Assembly: GCA_965203905.1 (NCBI GenBank)
Contig: CBDBDQ010000005.1
Location: 7,552,001 to 7,616,000 of the forward strand
Direction of reading: 5' to 3'
From: Spirochaetia bacterium
Lineage (GTDB): Bacteria > Spirochaetota > Spirochaetia > SZUA-6 > Bin103
Length of the DNA: 64,000 bases
Shown here: one piece after another, positions 60,318 through 64,000 of the stretch
Numbering within the stretch: position 1 is the first letter of the stretch
Layout of the letters: each line of letters opens with the position of its first letter
Position numbers and translations under genes: made by a program
Notes under the pieces: model-generated
What the model was told of the DNA's origin: nothing
The model's database searches: none
The model's input: the letters and a program-made list of their open reading frames with translations, nothing else

Positions 60318-60600
60318 CTACCAGTGGATTTCGCCGCGCAACTCGATCTCGTGCTCGGGCGCGGCGTCGCTGACGGGCTCGCGGCGCCTCGCATCCAGGT
60401 TCAGCTCCAGCGCCTGGCCCAGGCGGTAGCCATAGCCCAGGATGTATGACGCGCTCATCCTTCGCGAGCAGCAAGCCGACGTGCGGGCTCGCCAGCGCCT
60501 GCCCGTCGAACAGGGAGAAGCCGTAGCCGATCTCGCCCTCCAGGCGGGCCGCAGGGTCGGGTGCCGTGGCGGCGGGCACGAGCTGGCTCGCGTCGGGAAT
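60318..60600 (-). pseudogene. C-terminal remnant of an autotransporter-like outer-membrane beta-barrel
   Basis: RLEGEIGYGF...SPHVG, frameshift, GYRLGQALELNLDARRRE...EHEIELRGEIHW* (terminal aromatic). Confidence 0.6.
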
Positions 60601-60830
60601 CATCCACAGCCGCTCGGCGCCGGCTCGACGGCCCAGCCTGAATCGGCCACGCCGGGCACGCTGGGTTCGCTGCCCGCCTCGAGTGCTGCGGTTACCGGTA
60701 CGGTTGCGCTGCTCGAGCGTGGGGAAGCACGGGCTGCAGAGGCGCTGCCGATGGCGCGCTCAGCCCCAGTGGTGTGCAGCCAGGCGAGTGTCGGCCCCGT
60801 GCTTGGGAGGAGGTCTCACCGGCAGCCAGT

Positions 60831-61586
60831 CTACCGCTCAGGGTCTCCACTGTCGCGCAGCCTGGCTTCGAGTTGGGCGATTCGTGCCTCAGCCTCCTGC
60901 CGCGCGCGGCGTTCCCTCTGTCGCGCGTGCTCAACCCGTCGGCGCTCCTGCTCGGCTCGTTGCCATCCCCGTTCCGCCCTCTGCCGCGCCTCGCTGTGCT
61001 CGGTGAGTGACAGCAGATCGCCGCCGGACTCCGGGTCGTGGAAGCGAAAGCCTCGTTCCGTCTCCCGCAACTCCAGCCCGAGCACCCTGCTGTGCAACTC
61101 CTGCCTTCCCGCTCCCGTTCTCCGCTCCGTAATCCGCCGGTACCTGCCTCCCACCAGCCGCAGCCCCTGCAGCCGCGGCTGCAGATTGTCGCCGGTCGGA
61201 TCGTACTGCCAGTACTCGGACACTCCCAGCATCCGGTACTGCTTCCGCTTGCGACCCTGGTCCTCCCGCCACGTGCGCCGCGAGGTCACCTCCAGCACGA
61301 AGTCCGGTCCCTTCGGCTCCTGCCACAGCCGATAGGATTGCCGCTCATGCCCGGGCGCGCCCAGCACCACGAACACGTCCGGCGCCACCGCCGCGTCGCG
61401 GTTGCCCTTCTCGTAGTAGATGAACAGGTTGGCCGCCACGTACACGTCGGGCCGATCGCGAAAGTAGTCCCGCAACGCTTCGCGGGCGTAGGCCAGGGGG
61501 GTGAGTTGGAAGTCGCTTTCCGCCACCGGGGTTCCGTCGGAGCTGGGGTAGTCAACCGTGGCGGGAGCGAGCACCGAGCTTGCCAT
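60831..61586 (-). CDS. Uma2-family endonuclease with coiled-coil tail
   Basis: YPSSDGTPVAES, APDVFVV, PDFVLEVTS, EYWQYDP; RBS GGAGG. Confidence 0.92.
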   Translation of the reverse strand: MASSVLAPATVDYPSSDGTPVAESDFQLTPLAYAREALRDYFRDRPDVYVAANLFIYYEKGNRDAAVAPDVFVVLGAPGHERQSYRLWQEPKGPDFVLEVTSRRTWREDQGRKRKQYRMLGVSEYWQYDPTGDNLQPRLQGLRLVGGRYRRITERRTGAGRQELHSRVLGLELRETERGFRFHDPESGGDLLSLTEHSEARQRAERGWQRAEQERRRVEHARQRERRARQEAEARIAQLEARLRDSGDPER

Positions 61587-62261
61587 CAGGGAACCTCCAC
61601 GCGACAAAAGCATACCACGCCCCCGCCGCCCCGCTAAGCCTGTCGGGTCCGGTCATACCCCTTACAACGGGAGCCGGTACGTCGGCGCTTTCAGGAATCG
61701 GCGAGCAGCGGACAACATCACGCGTGCGCGACTGCACGGCCGGCTTCAAGGCCATCAGGACGACCGGATCTTCGTGCGGCCGGGAGCGACCGATGTGCGC
61801 GAGCAATCAACGGGCTGGTGCTGCCGGCGCCGGAGCAGATCCAGCCGAGTCCGTTCGAGCCGGCGCTGTTCGTGTTCTGCGACGCTTGGTCGGGCGTTTC
61901 CTGGGCGGAACATTGACATCGATGATCGGCAACCGCGACCCGGTGTCCCGACGTGTCGCGGTCGGAGGCCTGGAGGAATTGACTGAATCAGACCTCGCCA
62001 CCTTGATCGGAACACGAGACGGCCATACCATCGCGAGCCGTTTCCTCCAGTTGCTTGATAGCCGCGAGTTGGACCCCACCAACGTCCAAGAAGCAGATCG
62101 TGTCGTGGACCAAATCGCGGATGAGGTAGTCGCCGAGTCAGCCAAGGAATACGGTTCGGATACGATTTTCGTCGAGGGTGATCCCTACGTGTTTGCCGCG
62201 CCCTACGGCCACCTGCGACTGTTGACAAGGATCGAAGCACCGGCGACTCTCCTGAATTGCC

Positions 62262-63491
62262 ATGCCAGCACCTACACTGACTGCCAACGGCGGCGCGGCC
62301 GCGCCTTCCTACCCGCCGCTCGACGAGGTACGCCGGACGCTGCGCGTCCGGTGGTACCGCAGCCCCATCGATCCGGCCGTCCTGCGCAACCTCATGCGCC
62401 GGAGCGATCTCAAGGGACTGGCGCAGGTCTTCGCCTCCCTCGGTCTGGTCGCGGCCAGCGGAGTGCTGACCTACCTGCTGTTCGAGCGGCAGCTCTGGGC
62501 CGGCTTCGCGGCGGCGCTGTTCCTGCACGGCACCATGGCCAGCCTGTACGGCTCCGCCAACCACGAGTTGACGCACGGCACCGTGTTCCGCAGCAAGTGG
62601 CTGGGGCGCCTATTCCGGCGCGCGTTCGGCCTGCTCACCTGGTTCAACCCCTACGACTACGCGCTCAGCCACACCTACCACCACCGCTATACCCTGCACC
62701 CGATGGGGGACCGCGAGGAGGTGCTGCCGCACGCACCCGCGTTCCGGGTCCTGTACGTGCTGCAGCTCCTCACCTTCAACGTCACCGGCGGGCCGCACAC
62801 CAGCGGGTTGATGCCGGTACTGCGGATGACCCTCAGAACCGCGCTCGGCCGACCCCTGTCACGCTACGCCGGCGGCAACGGGAAACGCGACAAGATGGAG
62901 TGGATGGCGGCGATCTACGCCGGGCATCCGGAGGAACGGCGCAAGTCGGTGCGCTGGGCGCGCACGGTGCTGCTGTTCCACGGCGCAGTGCTGGCGGCCG
63001 CGATCTTGTTCCAGCTCTGGCTGCTGCCGGTGCTGATCAGCCTGGCGCCGTTCATCGCCAACTGGTGGCGCTACCTCACCCACCTGCCCATGCACTGCGG
63101 GCTGCGCACCAACGTGCCGGACTTCCGCAAGTGCACCCGCACCATCAAGCTGGATCCGGTGAGCACCGTGCTGTATTCGCACATGAACTGGCACCTGGAG
63201 CACCACATGTACGCCGGCGTGCCGTGCTACAACCTGCGCAAGCTCAACAAGGTGATCGCGGCCGACCTGCCGGAACGCAAGTCGCTGGTGGGCGCGTGGC
63301 GGGAGATGCGCGCCATCTGGCGGCAGCAGTTGATCGATCCGGACTATCAGTACGACATGCCGCTGCCACCGTCCGCCAAGCAACTCGACGAGTCCGCCCC
63401 CGCGCGCGGCGCGCCCGCCCGCACCTTGGGCACGGGCGAGGAACTGCGCGCATCGATCGGCGACTTGGCGCCCGCGGCGATAGCGGACTGA
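62262..63491 (+). CDS. Fatty-acid-desaturase-superfamily enzyme (paralog of 31464-32612)
   Basis: HELTH, HTYHH, HLEHH; shared PMHCGLR..VPDFRKC and ..SIG.LAP. Confidence 0.9.
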   Translation: MPAPTLTANGGAAAPSYPPLDEVRRTLRVRWYRSPIDPAVLRNLMRRSDLKGLAQVFASLGLVAASGVLTYLLFERQLWAGFAAALFLHGTMASLYGSANHELTHGTVFRSKWLGRLFRRAFGLLTWFNPYDYALSHTYHHRYTLHPMGDREEVLPHAPAFRVLYVLQLLTFNVTGGPHTSGLMPVLRMTLRTALGRPLSRYAGGNGKRDKMEWMAAIYAGHPEERRKSVRWARTVLLFHGAVLAAAILFQLWLLPVLISLAPFIANWWRYLTHLPMHCGLRTNVPDFRKCTRTIKLDPVSTVLYSHMNWHLEHHMYAGVPCYNLRKLNKVIAADLPERKSLVGAWREMRAIWRQQLIDPDYQYDMPLPPSAKQLDESAPARGAPARTLGTGEELRASIGDLAPAAIAD

Positions 63492-63518
63492 CCCCCGGCG
63501 CCAGGGCCAGGCCCAGGC

Positions 63519-64000
63519 TCAAGGGACCAGGCCCGAGGCGACCATAAGGACCGGATACCAGGCGAGCGAGACCGCGACGATGGTGTAGTGCACGCGGTCC
63601 AGCCATTGCCACCATTTTTCCCGCCATGGGCTGCGCCATCTCTCCGTCCACGATTGGAACGCCAGATACAGCACGTACACCGTTGCCGCGGCGGTAAGGT
63701 AGGGAAGCACAAACAGCAGCCGGACCCACGGGTAGTAGCCGAAGTTGCGCACCACCTCGCCCGTCATCCACGTCCGCTCGCCGGCGAGAACGGAAGACAC
63801 GGGCCAGGGCAACCCCTGGGACGGCGCCAGCGTCGAGAACGAAAGCAGGACGTCCCACCCCGCTCCCGCCGCGAACGAGAATCCCGCGCTGACCACGATG
63901 ACGGCGGCGGCAGTAAGTCGCGGGTGGCCACTCGCCCGCGCAGCCGGCCCCGCGCCGGTACCGACCTGCCGGATCACGGCTGCCAGCGGCCAGAGGATCA
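63519..64000 (-). CDS. Membrane protein C-terminus, 5' end outside window
   Basis: Several TM segments ending WLDRVHYTIVAVSLAW. Confidence 0.6.
   Translation of the reverse strand, partial: ILWPLAAVIRQVGTGAGPAARASGHPRLTAAAVIVVSAGFSFAAGAGWDVLLSFSTLAPSQGLPWPVSSVLAGERTWMTGEVVRNFGYYPWVRLLFVLPYLTAAATVYVLYLAFQSWTERWRSPWREKWWQWLDRVHYTIVAVSLAWYPVLMVASGLVP

Overview
High-GC bacterial chromosomal segment. The solute-binding proteins carry Cys-less (F/Y/W)A(A/S)GE-type signal peptides. The window also holds multiple dppBC, PhyH, sulfatase and Uma2 paralogs. Together these suggest a Spirochaetaceae-like, possibly host-associated organism (inference only). Most of the window is ABC uptake systems (peptide/nickel family 5 and carbohydrate family 1) and catabolic enzymes: Fe/2OG dioxygenases, desaturase-family proteins, an Asp-box glycosidase, SDRs and sulfatases. 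Two stretches (about 3.9-10 kb and 15.6-22.7 kb) are mosaics of gene stubs, including five toxin-antitoxin modules whose toxin gene is broken. Mobile elements: (i) a group II intron (14053-15650) with intact RNA ends and EBS1/IBS1 pairing, an internally deleted RT and a structured insert in domain III; (ii) a complete IS66-family element (25416-28006, 8-bp TSD) carrying a DUF4338/DruA-like passenger and inserted in the first codons of an HNH nuclease gene; (iii) a 158-bp MITE. The most unusual unexplained structure is a three-unit tandem array (16017-16345). Each unit has a micro-ORF starting MKRHDD(S/R)QRSD, two units have a clear sigma70-like promoter, and the array runs into a poly-C tract. 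Several stand-alone genes look leaderless. No rRNA, tRNA or CRISPR array was seen. All calls are by eye and no searches were run.
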